A DNA stretch of 33,923 nucleotides from Verrucomicrobiales bacterium. Lineage in GTDB: Bacteria > Verrucomicrobiota > Verrucomicrobiia > Verrucomicrobiales > V1-33. The first letter of the stretch is position 1; each line of letters starts with the position of its first letter. The DNA lies in contig JANOAV010000029.1 of the NCBI GenBank assembly GCA_031411295.1, positions 1 through 33,923 on the forward strand, in the 5' to 3' direction. The translations under genes were made by a program, and so were the position numbers. Positions 9,129 to 18,415 of the stretch are shown here, in pieces. The notes below the pieces were generated by a model. The model ran no database searches. It was given only the letters and a program-made list of their open reading frames with translations, and was not told where the DNA came from.

Positions 9129-12100
9129 TTAGTGAGCGGCGGCCGCATTGCTAGCAATGGCGCGAAGTGCAGACTTGCGTCCGAAGGCGAAGAAGACGGC
9201 TGGGGTGACGACGAGGTCTAGCAGAGTGGAGGAAATCAGTCCACCAACAATCACCACGGCTACAGGATGCAGAATTTCCTTCCCTGGTTCACCTGCTGAG
9301 AGCATCAGTGGGATGAGGGCGATGCCTGCGCTGAGCGCGGTCATGAGCACGGGGACGAGCCGCTCCAGGGTGCCTCGGATCACCATTTGTGGCGTGAACC
9401 CTTCGTTCTCGTGCTTCATCAGATGCAGGTAATGGGACAGCATCATGATGCTGTTGCGGGCCGCCACCCCAGCCACCGCAATGAATCCGACCAGGGTCGC
9501 GATACTGATGTTGTTGATCTGCCAATACGTTAGTGCCAGTCCCCCCATCAAGGCCAGGGGGATGTTCAGCAGGACTTGCGCAGCCAGTGCGAAGCTGCGG
9601 AAATAGCCGACGAGCAGCATGGTAATGACGATCAGCACGAGGAGGGAGAAGATGGAAATGCGTTTGGCGGCCTCCTGCTGGGCTTGGAACTCGCCTTCGA
9701 AACTGAGGTAGGTTCCCTCCGGTAATTTCACTTTTTCCTTCACTTCCTTTTGCAGGCGCAGCACCAGACTTTGGAGGTCGCGCTCGGTGGTGTTGGCTCC
9801 GATGACGACCCGCCGCACCCCATTCTCGCGATTGATCACATTGGGCCCGGAGGCTTCGCGAACGTCCGCCACCAAGCGCAACGGCACCCGATGTCCGTTG
9901 CTGGTTTCGATGAGGAAGTCGCCCAATTTCTCCGGCGTGTCGCGCAAGGCTTCAGGCAATCGCATCACGAGGTCGATGGTTTTCTGGCCATCCCGTAATT
10001 CGGCTAGGTGCTTGCCACCGATGAGCGTGGACAGCTGCTCGTTGATCTTCCCGGGCTGCACGGCGTAAGCAGTGGCGCGCTCGCGGTTCACTTGAATTTT
10101 GAGTTGGGGAATGGGGACTTGTTTTTCCACGATCACATCCGTGAGGCCTGGCACGCCTTTGGCAATCTTCTCAATCTCCGCGCCATATCCCCGCAGTTTA
10201 TCGAGATCCGGGCCGAAGACTTTGATCGCTATCTTGGCGGAAACACCGCTGAGCATGTGGGAAAGTCGATGGCTGATGGGCTGGCCCACATTGACGAAGA
10301 CTCCGGGGATGGAGCTGAGCTTGGTTCGGATTTCTTTGAATACTTCCGTGCGGGGCCGGCCGCCTTCGTTGAACTCAACATCGTATTCATTTACCGAAAC
10401 AGGCATCACGTGATCATCCTTCTCCGCCCGTCCGGTGCGACGACCAACGCTTTTTACTTCGGGGATTTCCTGGAGCAATTTCACGCCGACTTCGCCCAAT
10501 TCATTGGATTGCCGCAAGGACGTGCCCGGTCCGGCGGCCATGCTGATGGTGGCGCTGCCTTCATTGAAGGAAGGCAGGAATTCCTTGCCCATCAAGGGAT
10601 AGAGCGTGAAAGAAGCGGCCAGCAGGAGGGAGGTCACCACTAGCACTGCGAACGGTTGGCGCAGGGCGAGGCGCAGGAACGTGTGCTGCACAATGCGTTT
10701 CATGAGACGGACGAGGAATCCATCCGCGTGGCCGTGCCCCTCCTTGGGATTCAGCAGCAGGGAACACAAGACCGGAATAACGGTGAGCGAGACCACGAAC
10801 GAGGCCGCCATGCTGGTGATCGTCGCGATGGCAATGGGCGTAAATAATCGTCCTTCGATGCCTTCGAGTCCTAACAGCGGGAGGAATACCAGAATGATAA
10901 GCACAGTGGCATATAAAATCGAGTTTCGCACTTCCCCTGAAGCCTTGGCAATGACTTCCAGTTTGGGCTTGGGTTCAGGCAGGGTGGCATTTTCCCGCAG
11001 GCGACGAAAGACGTTTTCGACATCTACAATGGCATCGTCCACCACCATGCCAATGGCCACCGCCAGGCCGCCCAGCGTCATGGAGTTCACGGAAACATCG
11101 AACCACCGGAAGATCAGAAACGTCACGGCAAATGACAGCGGCATGGCGGTTAGGGTGATCAGCGTGGTGCGGAAATTCAGGAGGAAAAGAAAGAGCACAA
11201 TCGTGACCATGATGGCCCCGTCCCGAATGGCTTCTTTGAGGTTGGCGATGGCGTGACCAATGAAATCCCCCTGGCGAAACAAAATATCCGTTTCGACTCC
11301 TTCGGGCAGCGAAGGCTTGAGTTCTGCGAGCGCTTTTTCAATTTCTGAAGTGAGCTTGTTGGTATCGAATCCTGGAGCCTTATCGATGCTCAGGACCACG
11401 CCCTTCTGTCCGTTGACGCTGGCGTCTCCCCGCATGGGTTGAATGCCATGCACCACCGTGGCCACATCACTGATGAGAATGGAGCGATCTCCCACGGTCT
11501 TGATGACGGTGGAGGAAATGTCGCCTAACTCTGCGCTCATGGCCAGATTTCGCACCATGATTTCCTGGGTGGAAGTGTTGAGGTATCCGCTGGTGGAATT
11601 CGTGGCGGCCTGTTCCACGGATGCTTCCAGTTCGCTCAACGTTACGCCGTGCGCAGCCATGCGCAGGGGATCCGGCTGGACTTGCACCTGCTTCACCCCA
11701 CCGCCGATGGTGAGGACTTCGGCTACACCTTTGATGCTTTGGAGTCGACGTTTCACGGTCCAATCCGCTACTGTGCGCAGATCGCGCGGCTCCATGGTTT
11801 CACTGCGCAGCCCCACGAGCAGAATTTCACCCATGAGTGAGGACACTGGGGTCATGCCAGGTTGCACGCCTTTGGGCAGGCCGCCGATCACCGAATTCAT
11901 CCGTTCCTGAACCAATTGGCGGGCGCGGTAAATATCCGTGCCCCAGGCAAATTCAGCGAAGACCAGAGAGAGTGAAACATCAGAGTTGGACCGCAGTCGA
12001 TCCAGTCCACCCACGCCTTGCAGGGCGGCTTCGATGGGTTGAGTCACGAGCACTTCCACCTCTTCTGGCGCCAGGCCCGGGCACTCGGTTAGGATGGTGA

Positions 12101-12239
12101 CCGTGGGTTTCGTCATGTCCGGCAACACTTCCACGGGCAACTGGATGGCCGTTTGGAAGCCCAGCACCAGCAGCAACATGGCCGCGGCCAGGACCAGCGG
12201 GCGACTGCGCAGGGAGAATCGGATGAGGGCGTTGAGCAT
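9129..12239 (-). CDS. czcA: CzcA/CusA-family heavy-metal RND efflux permease
   Basis: 1036 aa; GMVVDDAIVDVEN, LFTPIA, EFLPSFNEG and RLVPVLMTAL motifs. Confidence 0.93.
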   Translation of the reverse strand: MLNALIRFSLRSRPLVLAAAMLLLVLGFQTAIQLPVEVLPDMTKPTVTILTECPGLAPEEVEVLVTQPIEAALQGVGGLDRLRSNSDVSLSLVFAEFAWGTDIYRARQLVQERMNSVIGGLPKGVQPGMTPVSSLMGEILLVGLRSETMEPRDLRTVADWTVKRRLQSIKGVAEVLTIGGGVKQVQVQPDPLRMAAHGVTLSELEASVEQAATNSTSGYLNTSTQEIMVRNLAMSAELGDISSTVIKTVGDRSILISDVATVVHGIQPMRGDASVNGQKGVVLSIDKAPGFDTNKLTSEIEKALAELKPSLPEGVETDILFRQGDFIGHAIANLKEAIRDGAIMVTIVLFLFLLNFRTTLITLTAMPLSFAVTFLIFRWFDVSVNSMTLGGLAVAIGMVVDDAIVDVENVFRRLRENATLPEPKPKLEVIAKASGEVRNSILYATVLIILVFLPLLGLEGIEGRLFTPIAIATITSMAASFVVSLTVIPVLCSLLLNPKEGHGHADGFLVRLMKRIVQHTFLRLALRQPFAVLVVTSLLLAASFTLYPLMGKEFLPSFNEGSATISMAAGPGTSLRQSNELGEVGVKLLQEIPEVKSVGRRTGRAEKDDHVMPVSVNEYDVEFNEGGRPRTEVFKEIRTKLSSIPGVFVNVGQPISHRLSHMLSGVSAKIAIKVFGPDLDKLRGYGAEIEKIAKGVPGLTDVIVEKQVPIPQLKIQVNRERATAYAVQPGKINEQLSTLIGGKHLAELRDGQKTIDLVMRLPEALRDTPEKLGDFLIETSNGHRVPLRLVADVREASGPNVINRENGVRRVVIGANTTERDLQSLVLRLQKEVKEKVKLPEGTYLSFEGEFQAQQEAAKRISIFSLLVLIVITMLLVGYFRSFALAAQVLLNIPLALMGGLALTYWQINNISIATLVGFIAVAGVAARNSIMMLSHYLHLMKHENEGFTPQMVIRGTLERLVPVLMTALSAGIALIPLMLSAGEPGKEILHPVAVVIVGGLISSTLLDLVVTPAVFFAFGRKSALRAIASNAAAAH

Positions 12240-12243
12240 GAAA

Positions 12244-13371
12244 TTAGACGGTGGCGGGGCGACGGAACATCAGGCTCAGAATCAATAACACGAGCAGCAG
12301 GGCAGACGTGCCGGCAAAGAACGCCGTCATGGTGGAGGAACCATGTTCGTGATCATGATCCTCATGCCCACCGCCAGCAGTCTTGGCTTTGGCGGCATCC
12401 TCCTTGCTCATTTCACTGCCATCCTCATTGTGCGGATGGCCATGCGCCGCATCCATCGCCTCCTTCAGCGAGACGCTGCCTTTGCCAGCAAAACTCAGCG
12501 CATAGGAACCCCGCGTCACGACTTCATCGCCTGGCAAAAGTCCGTTAACCACTTCCACCATGGTGTCATTTTGCTGACCCAGTTCGATCGGCGTTTTGAT
12601 GAAGGCGTTTTTTAGACCGAAATCTGCCACATAAACGAAGCGCGATGCAGGATCGCCTTGCACCGCGGTGCGGGGAATTGCCATCACGTTAGGACGAGAG
12701 CCCGTCACAATGGTAAACTCTGCCCGCATCCCGGGGCGCAGTAATTCCTCTGGATTCGCCACGTGGAAGGCGGCTTCCACCGTTCCGCTCTGCGCATCCG
12801 CATTGGCCCCCAGATGCGCCAGTTCCGCCTCGAATACCTGATCCGGAAACCCGGACACTTTAATGTGCGCCTTGATGCCTTTCTTCAGCTTCCCGGCATA
12901 TTGTTCCGGCACCGCCGCCGCGGCCTCCACGGTGGTGAGGTCGTAAATTTCCAGCAGCGACATCTCGGGCGTAACAGGTTGACCGGGGGCAATGTTCACG
13001 GCCGCAATCAAGCCTGCCATGGGCGCCTCCACGCGCACCACCGGCGGCGGGTCTCCGGGCTGACGGCTTTCCACCCAGAGTAATTCATCCCCCGCTTCAC
13101 AGCGCATGTCCGGCAGGGCAATCACGGTGGTGGCGCGGCCGGGAATCCTGCTGCTAACGATCGCTTTCTTGCCAGGCAGCACTTCGATGCGTCCCAGCGC
13201 AAAGACCGTTTCTTCCAGATCAATTTCCTCTGCCTCCACTTTTTCCAAACCGAGGTTTTTGACCCCGCGTTCATCTAGAATAATGGTGTTGGCGGATTTG
13301 TCCGTGGCTGCCGTCGGGGCGGAACGGACCGTGGTCACAAGCAAGCCGAGCAGGAAGTAGGCGTATTTCAT
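12244..13371 (-). CDS. RND periplasmic adaptor (CzcB/CusB-like), hairpin-less, with His-rich C-terminal membrane anchor
   Basis: Lipoyl halves (SSRIPG...EAPMAGLI), LRPGMRAE, GLLPGDEVVTRG; located between TolC and RND genes. Confidence 0.88.
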   Translation of the reverse strand: MKYAYFLLGLLVTTVRSAPTAATDKSANTIILDERGVKNLGLEKVEAEEIDLEETVFALGRIEVLPGKKAIVSSRIPGRATTVIALPDMRCEAGDELLWVESRQPGDPPPVVRVEAPMAGLIAAVNIAPGQPVTPEMSLLEIYDLTTVEAAAAVPEQYAGKLKKGIKAHIKVSGFPDQVFEAELAHLGANADAQSGTVEAAFHVANPEELLRPGMRAEFTIVTGSRPNVMAIPRTAVQGDPASRFVYVADFGLKNAFIKTPIELGQQNDTMVEVVNGLLPGDEVVTRGSYALSFAGKGSVSLKEAMDAAHGHPHNEDGSEMSKEDAAKAKTAGGGHEDHDHEHGSSTMTAFFAGTSALLLVLLILSLMFRRPATV

Positions 13372-13390
13372 AGTTTCAAAAATGGTCGTG

Positions 13391-14605
13391 TTAGAGTCCC
13401 AGCCCGAGCGCAGCGCGGATCAGGTGGTAATCGCGCAGGGAGTCGAGTCGGGTGCGCTCTAATTGCAGGCGCTTGTCGCGTGCGCGCAGCACATCGGTTA
13501 GTGGTGATTGCCCGGTCGCATAGGCCGCACGCAGCTTTTCTTCCAGCGTGCGCGTCTTGGGCAGCAGGGTGGCGTCTAATTCGCTAACTAATTTAGTGAG
13601 CGTCTGCATTTTGGCGATGGCCGCAGCCTGCTCGCCCTTGATGCGTTGTGTCAGGGCGATCTTCTCTGCATTGATCCTGGCCGCAGTGGCGGTGGCTTCC
13701 TGGACTTTTCCTTCGTTCTGATTCCAGAAGGGGAGCGGAATGCTAACGCGCAGGCCAATGAGTCCATCATTCTGCAACCCATCCGGGGCATCTTCCGTCC
13801 GTTCTGCTCCGGCAAAAAAGCCCGCACTGATGTCATCTCTCCGCCGGGCTTTCTCCAGCTCAATGCTCCGCTGCGCAGCCAATTCGGTTTGTTGCAGGAC
13901 CGCATATTCCGGACGCGATTCTGGGGCGACCGCTGCCGTCGCGCGCGGTGCTTCGAGGCTTCCCGTAATCGTCAGCGGAGCCTCCACCGACAATCCCAGC
14001 AAGGGGCGCAGTTCAGCCAGCAAGCCGACCTGCTCCGCATTCGTTTGCAGCGATTCAAGCTGGATTTGCTGGGCTTCAAGTTCAAATTGCACGGCTTCGA
14101 GGCCGGATGTTTCACCGGACTCCGCGCGCTTGGTGGCGAACGTTGCCAACTCGTTGGCATTGGCTAGCTGTTTTTCGCGCAAGGCTGCCTGTGCATTGAG
14201 CGCGAGCAGTTTAACGCCCAGTTGCCGCACCGTTAGGAGCACCTGACGTTCGGCCACTTTCACCTCTGCTTCGGCAGCTTCCAGCAGGGCTTGGGAGACT
14301 TCTTTCTCCAAACGCAGCTTTGTGGTAGCCGGGAACTTTTGCACGAATCCCACCAGCAACGAGCCCTCCCGGAAATTCGTCTTTTGCCCCGCCTCGATCT
14401 GCAATTCGGGATTCGGCCGACGTCCGGATTGCGTTAGCCGGCCCCGGGCCTCTTCAATGCGAAAGCGCGCAGCCGCCAGATCCGGATTCTGCCGCAACGC
14501 CTGCGCTTCCGCAGCAGCAGGCGAAAACTCCGCCGCGCTGGCAGCAGAGCAGAGCCAGCAAATCGGGAGCGCCAGCAGGCAGATGAAGGGAAATCGGGAC
14601 GTCAT
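13391..14605 (-). CDS. TolC/CzcC-family outer membrane efflux protein
   Basis: ALRQNPDL, RPNPEL, SIPLPFWNQNEG and AYATGQSPLTDVL motifs; ATG at 14605 gives a signal peptide. Confidence 0.9.
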   Translation of the reverse strand: MTSRFPFICLLALPICWLCSAASAAEFSPAAAEAQALRQNPDLAAARFRIEEARGRLTQSGRRPNPELQIEAGQKTNFREGSLLVGFVQKFPATTKLRLEKEVSQALLEAAEAEVKVAERQVLLTVRQLGVKLLALNAQAALREKQLANANELATFATKRAESGETSGLEAVQFELEAQQIQLESLQTNAEQVGLLAELRPLLGLSVEAPLTITGSLEAPRATAAVAPESRPEYAVLQQTELAAQRSIELEKARRRDDISAGFFAGAERTEDAPDGLQNDGLIGLRVSIPLPFWNQNEGKVQEATATAARINAEKIALTQRIKGEQAAAIAKMQTLTKLVSELDATLLPKTRTLEEKLRAAYATGQSPLTDVLRARDKRLQLERTRLDSLRDYHLIRAALGLGL

Positions 14606-14614
14606 ACTAAGGAC

Positions 14615-14640
14615 AACGCCACGGAGTTGGGAAACCCTTA
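14615..14640 (-). promoter_or_regulatory. Putative ECF sigma promoter of the efflux operon
   Basis: Minus strand TAAGGGTTT-N11-GGCGTT ending 9 nt before the TolC ATG; the same motif occurs at 18416-18441. Confidence 0.7.
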
Positions 14641-14717
14641 AGAAATCGTAAGTATTTGTGATGTAGCAAAGAATCGACATATGGCTCGCCATCCAAAACA
14701 AATGGGACTCTAACTGG

Positions 14718-14814
14718 GTGGCGTGACTCCGTCCGCCATCACGCAGGCTTGGGTAGGCTGTAAGTTCGCATTCGCCTTAGCGGGCTGACGCGATGGCGGA
14801 CAGAGTCACGCCAC
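14718..14814. repeat. REP-like inverted repeat pair
   Basis: GTGGCGTGACTCCGTCCGCCATCACG (14718-14743) matches the reverse complement of 14789-14814 with 2 mismatches. Confidence 0.7.
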
Positions 14815-14973
14815 TCCTTGGTAACTGCGGCAGGCTCCTGCCGATAACCGTCTCGCGGCCCACTGGAGATGACCCACGCAAACGACACTCAGTAGCGCTG
14901 GGGATCATCAATCAGGAAGTTAGAAGTCAGGTAATAAATCTTGCGCCCCATCCGGCAGTTGGTAGACTCGGGG

Positions 14974-16161
14974 ATGAAAACACCCCGAATTTTAATGACT
15001 TTAGCAACGGTTGCCGTCTGGGCGGTGGGTTATCTCATGGGTCGCAGCACGTCAGTTCCAGCAACTGCATCAGCTTTACGGGGCTCAGACCCAGGGATCG
15101 CTTCCAACGAAGTGACCAAAAGCGCGACCAAGGCTGGGCCTGCCGCAGTAACAGGTGACGACCTCGTCTCACGCAATCAAAAAATGGGCCAGCGCATGAC
15201 GGCGGCTCTGCTGGAGACTGATCTGATCACCCGGACTAACCTGGTGACGGGGATCCTGAGGGAAATGACAGAAGCGAATCAGCCCAGCATTAGTGAAGCG
15301 CTAGAACGGCGTTTTCGTGAAGGGGCGCGGACGACCGAAGAAGGTGTGTTGATCCAGTTTAGGGAAGGACAGGTGTTGGGCTCGCGAAGTATGAATGCCC
15401 TACCGCAAGAACCCAATGGGATTGTCTCGTGGCCGCAGCGTAACAAAATGCGGGGATGGGCCAGTGCCGCCCCGGATGAGGCGCGAACATTCTTGTCAAC
15501 TTTAGAACCTGGTGCCGTGCGGGATTCACTCCAGCGGGAATGGCTGGACGGCTTAGCGGTAGCGACTCCGGCGCTTTTCGCCAAGGAGTTTCCAGCATTA
15601 GAACCTCAGCAGCAGCAAAAATTGCTCCCGAAGTATCTCGAGGGAATTCATAGTTCCGAAGGTAATGAAGGGCTGCAGCGTTGGTTCCAGCAAGAGTCAC
15701 AGAAACCGGATCATGGGCTGGCGCAGAGCGCCATCACCGCGCTTTCGATTAAGCTATCCCAGAATCCGCATCAAGTGCGGGCCGCACTCGATTTTTTGCA
15801 GGGGGATGCGGCCGCATTTGCCACGGTTGAATCTATCAAGACGGTGAACTTCCGTTTGGCCGCAACCCATGTCGGAGAGTGCTTGGAACTTGCGAACACG
15901 CTCGCCCAGAAGAATCCTGTCATTCGTAAGAACCAAGCCGTCATTCTGGCTGATATCGTCGATCAATGTTCCTCCGTTTCCTTGAACACTTTGGGCAATT
16001 GGCTCAACCAGCACAAAGATTTCCCGCTGCATGACCAGACAGTGGCCTTGTTCGCCAACAAAACGCACCGCGACGATCCTGAAGCCGCCCGGTCTTGGAT
16101 TAATACCATCAAGGATCCCGCAATGCGGGAACAAGCGCTCCAAACACTGGAAAGAAAATAA
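14974..16161 (+). CDS. Hypothetical membrane-anchored alpha-helical protein
   Basis: N-terminal hydrophobic segment ending GYLMGR; recurrent WASAAPDEARTF / DDPEAARSWINTI helical motifs. Confidence 0.75.
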   Translation: MKTPRILMTLATVAVWAVGYLMGRSTSVPATASALRGSDPGIASNEVTKSATKAGPAAVTGDDLVSRNQKMGQRMTAALLETDLITRTNLVTGILREMTEANQPSISEALERRFREGARTTEEGVLIQFREGQVLGSRSMNALPQEPNGIVSWPQRNKMRGWASAAPDEARTFLSTLEPGAVRDSLQREWLDGLAVATPALFAKEFPALEPQQQQKLLPKYLEGIHSSEGNEGLQRWFQQESQKPDHGLAQSAITALSIKLSQNPHQVRAALDFLQGDAAAFATVESIKTVNFRLAATHVGECLELANTLAQKNPVIRKNQAVILADIVDQCSSVSLNTLGNWLNQHKDFPLHDQTVALFANKTHRDDPEAARSWINTIKDPAMREQALQTLERK

Positions 16162-16188
16162 ATTGGCCCCTTGAACATTTCCTGAACC

Positions 16189-16527
16189 ATGAGGAAAATC
16201 GCCACACTGTTATTCGTGGGATCAGTTGTCACTGTGCTTTGGTTTCTTGTCAGGTATGAGGATCCATTAGCAGGGGTGCGGATTGGATTTGTCTATTGCG
16301 AACGAGGCACGAAATTATCAAAAGTTGGTCAACTGCTCAACGCGGAACTGTGTTCATCAGGAAGTCCCTGGCACGTAAAGGTTGATTCACGTGTAGCTGA
16401 TCGAGAATCGAAAGAGCACCTTGGTGCAAGCGGGACTGGATCTGCGATTTATCATTTTGCCAACAACTATGATTGCAAATGTGTTATTGCGAAGGACGAG
16501 CACTTTATAAGCATTCTTGCAAACTAG
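16189..16527 (+). CDS. Hypothetical protein
   Basis: 112 aa ORF with N-terminal TM segment; visibly lower GC than the flanks. Confidence 0.5.
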   Translation: MRKIATLLFVGSVVTVLWFLVRYEDPLAGVRIGFVYCERGTKLSKVGQLLNAELCSSGSPWHVKVDSRVADRESKEHLGASGTGSAIYHFANNYDCKCVIAKDEHFISILAN

Positions 16528-16584
16528 TAGCGGGATACAATCTGTCAGCCTGCGCAAAATCCTGATGACCAATTACCCGTGGTC

Positions 16585-16704
16585 TCAACTATGCTCAGGA
16601 AACTCTTGTCCGAGAAATCTCCTCGCACCATGAAGGACGCGGATGATCGTGGTGGCTCCAGCAGTGTGGGTGAACAAAATGCGATACTTGATCCGCTTGA
16701 CCCG
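16585..16704 (-). pseudogene. RelE/ParE-type toxin C-terminal fragment
   Basis: Reads RVKRIKYRILFTHTAGATTIIRVLHGARRF..*; YRILF...IRVLHGAR is a RelE/ParE C-terminal signature. No in-frame start codon. Confidence 0.6.
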
Positions 16705-16887
16705 TCATTTGACTGTTGTCTTCGCTCCACGCCTGAGCTCTGCTTTCAAATCCTTGGCGAAGGCGGAGAATTTACGCGCCTTACCTTCACGAACCGACTG
16801 CAATCCACGGTTGATCTCGCGAGTGGACTCCATCAACGAAAGTCGTTGGAAAGCGCTCAGGGAGTGGATGTTTTGAATTTGAATCAG
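16705..16887 (-). pseudogene. Internally deleted Phd/YefM-type antitoxin
   Basis: IQNIHSLSAFQR (Phd-like N-terminus) joined directly to ESTREINRGLQSVREGKAR (antitoxin-like C-terminus); the central portion is missing. Confidence 0.55.
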
Positions 16888-16991
16888 GTCGATTTTTCCA
16901 GCAGGGAAATAACTGCTGATGCGCATGATGGCGGATGGTGATACGAACGTCAAGCAGGTGTCTTTTCATGCTTTCCTTCATCTCAAAGTGC

Positions 16992-17546
16992 CTAACCACG
17001 CTCCCCCAGCGACTGCTTCAACAACTGCCGAGCCCGGTAAATGCGCGTTTCCACGGCCTTGGGGCTGCACTTGGTGATGGTGGCAATTTCACTGTAGCCG
17101 AGGTCTTCATACACGAAGAGCAGGATCGCTTCGCGCAGGTCCGTGGGGAGCTTGGCGATGGCGGCTTCCACGGCAGCGACCTCCTCGCGCTGTGCTGCAG
17201 AGGCATCCGGGCTTGCGGCGGAATCGGCTAGCAAGGCAGCCGTGCTTTCATCCAAGGGCACCGACGGATGGCGCGATCGCCAGCGGGCGTGATCGCGCGC
17301 CAAGTTGGCGGCAATCGTGAAGAGATACGAGGGGAAGGCAGCGGTCGGTTGATAGCGACTACGGCTGCGATACAAGCGGACGAAAGTTTCCTGCGTGAGA
17401 TCCAGAGCAGTGCACCGATCATGCGTCATGCGATACAGGAAGGCCGCCAAACGCTCCCGCCAGCGAGTCACTAACGTGTTCAACGCCAGATCATCCCCAC
17501 CAGCCAGCAGGGACATCAGTTCAGCATCGGAAACGTCATCGAACAC
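16992..17546 (-). CDS. ECF sigma-70 factor (CnrH-like)
   Basis: DLTQETFVRLY, YLFTIAANLARD and LGYSEIA...AVETRIYRAR motifs. Confidence 0.92.
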   Translation of the reverse strand: MFDDVSDAELMSLLAGGDDLALNTLVTRWRERLAAFLYRMTHDRCTALDLTQETFVRLYRSRSRYQPTAAFPSYLFTIAANLARDHARWRSRHPSVPLDESTAALLADSAASPDASAAQREEVAAVEAAIAKLPTDLREAILLFVYEDLGYSEIATITKCSPKAVETRIYRARQLLKQSLGERG

Positions 17547-17557
17547 AGGAATATTGC

Positions 17558-18049
17558 TTAATGCGAGTGATCCTCCGCTCCGACGGTGTCATGTTGAAAC
17601 ACCAACGGTAACATTTTGTCCAAGTAGCGCTGTGACTGCTCGGGAGTCAGGCAGGCGGACGTTTCATAGAAATGTTTCAGCATGGCGCGCTGGCATTCTA
17701 AATGGATCTCCGCATGTTCCTTGAGTGCCGCCTCCAGTTCCGCGCCCACTCCGGTCGCAGACTTGGTCAGCCCATCCAGCTTCTGGTGCGATCCTTCCAA
17801 ACGATGCGCGAGTTCCTCACAAACAGGATGATAAGCCACATGCAGCGTGCTAATTTTTTCCAATTGAGCGTCGGTCGCCTGGAGCTCGTCCTTGAGCCAA
17901 TCCAATTCGGCATGGTGGCCAGTGGCTCCGTGTGAGGCGTAATCCCGCAGGTAAACGTGCTCCGCTGCGTGCTGTTGCCAGCGGACCACGGAAAATCCCG
18001 CCACGCCCAGCAGCAACGCCAGCAGCAGAATGATCAGCCCACGGGTCAT
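17558..18049 (-). CDS. Periplasmic heavy-metal sensor (CnrX/Spy-CpxP-like)
   Basis: N-terminal TM segment, ELDWLKDELQAT, QRAMLKHFYE..LTPEQ; its ATG overlaps the upstream TGA. Confidence 0.8.
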   Translation of the reverse strand: MTRGLIILLLALLLGVAGFSVVRWQQHAAEHVYLRDYASHGATGHHAELDWLKDELQATDAQLEKISTLHVAYHPVCEELAHRLEGSHQKLDGLTKSATGVGAELEAALKEHAEIHLECQRAMLKHFYETSACLTPEQSQRYLDKMLPLVFQHDTVGAEDHSH

Positions 18050-18369
18050 CGCTTCACCCCCAAATGTGCGGCGGCAAACGGACTGACCGATTTCAAATAA
18101 GCCGATTCCGCCAAATGGCTCACTTGCCGTTGTCCTTTGAGCACCGCTAATCCACAGCCCGCAGCCCCCATCAGCACGGCCACCACCACCGCAGGCACCG
18201 GACGCGCCAGCCAGCCGAGCCAGTTCGTCCACCAACTCGCCAGTCCGTGCGATGACGCCGCCAAATCGGCAGCCTCAATCCGCCCCCAGATCTCACGGGA
18301 GAAATCTTGGGGAAAATCAATCGTCAGGTGCGCTGAGCGCAGGCGGTCGTGCAGTGCTTCGTCGTTCAT
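18046..18369 (-). CDS. Membrane anti-sigma factor (CnrY-like)
   Basis: Short cytoplasmic N-terminus (FSREIWGRI), one TM segment, C-terminal YLKSVSPF; first gene of the Y-X-H-like trio. Confidence 0.72.
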   Translation of the reverse strand: MNDEALHDRLRSAHLTIDFPQDFSREIWGRIEAADLAASSHGLASWWTNWLGWLARPVPAVVVAVLMGAAGCGLAVLKGQRQVSHLAESAYLKSVSPFAAAHLGVKR

Positions 18370-18415
18370 AAAATTGGCAGTTTGGATAACAGCGGGCCAA
18401 TGACCCACTATGCAA

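Noticed and set aside
14606..14701. N-terminal extension of TolC in the ORF track (likewise the extended starts at 18235, 19661, 25090, 24939, 26785 and 32922)
   Set aside because: Downstream ATGs give proper signal peptides or coupled starts, and the extensions overlap promoters or other genes.
16585..16887. In-frame TGA between antitoxin and toxin fragments as readthrough or selenocysteine
   Set aside because: No SECIS-like context recognised; the ATGA overlap plus deletion explains it more simply.
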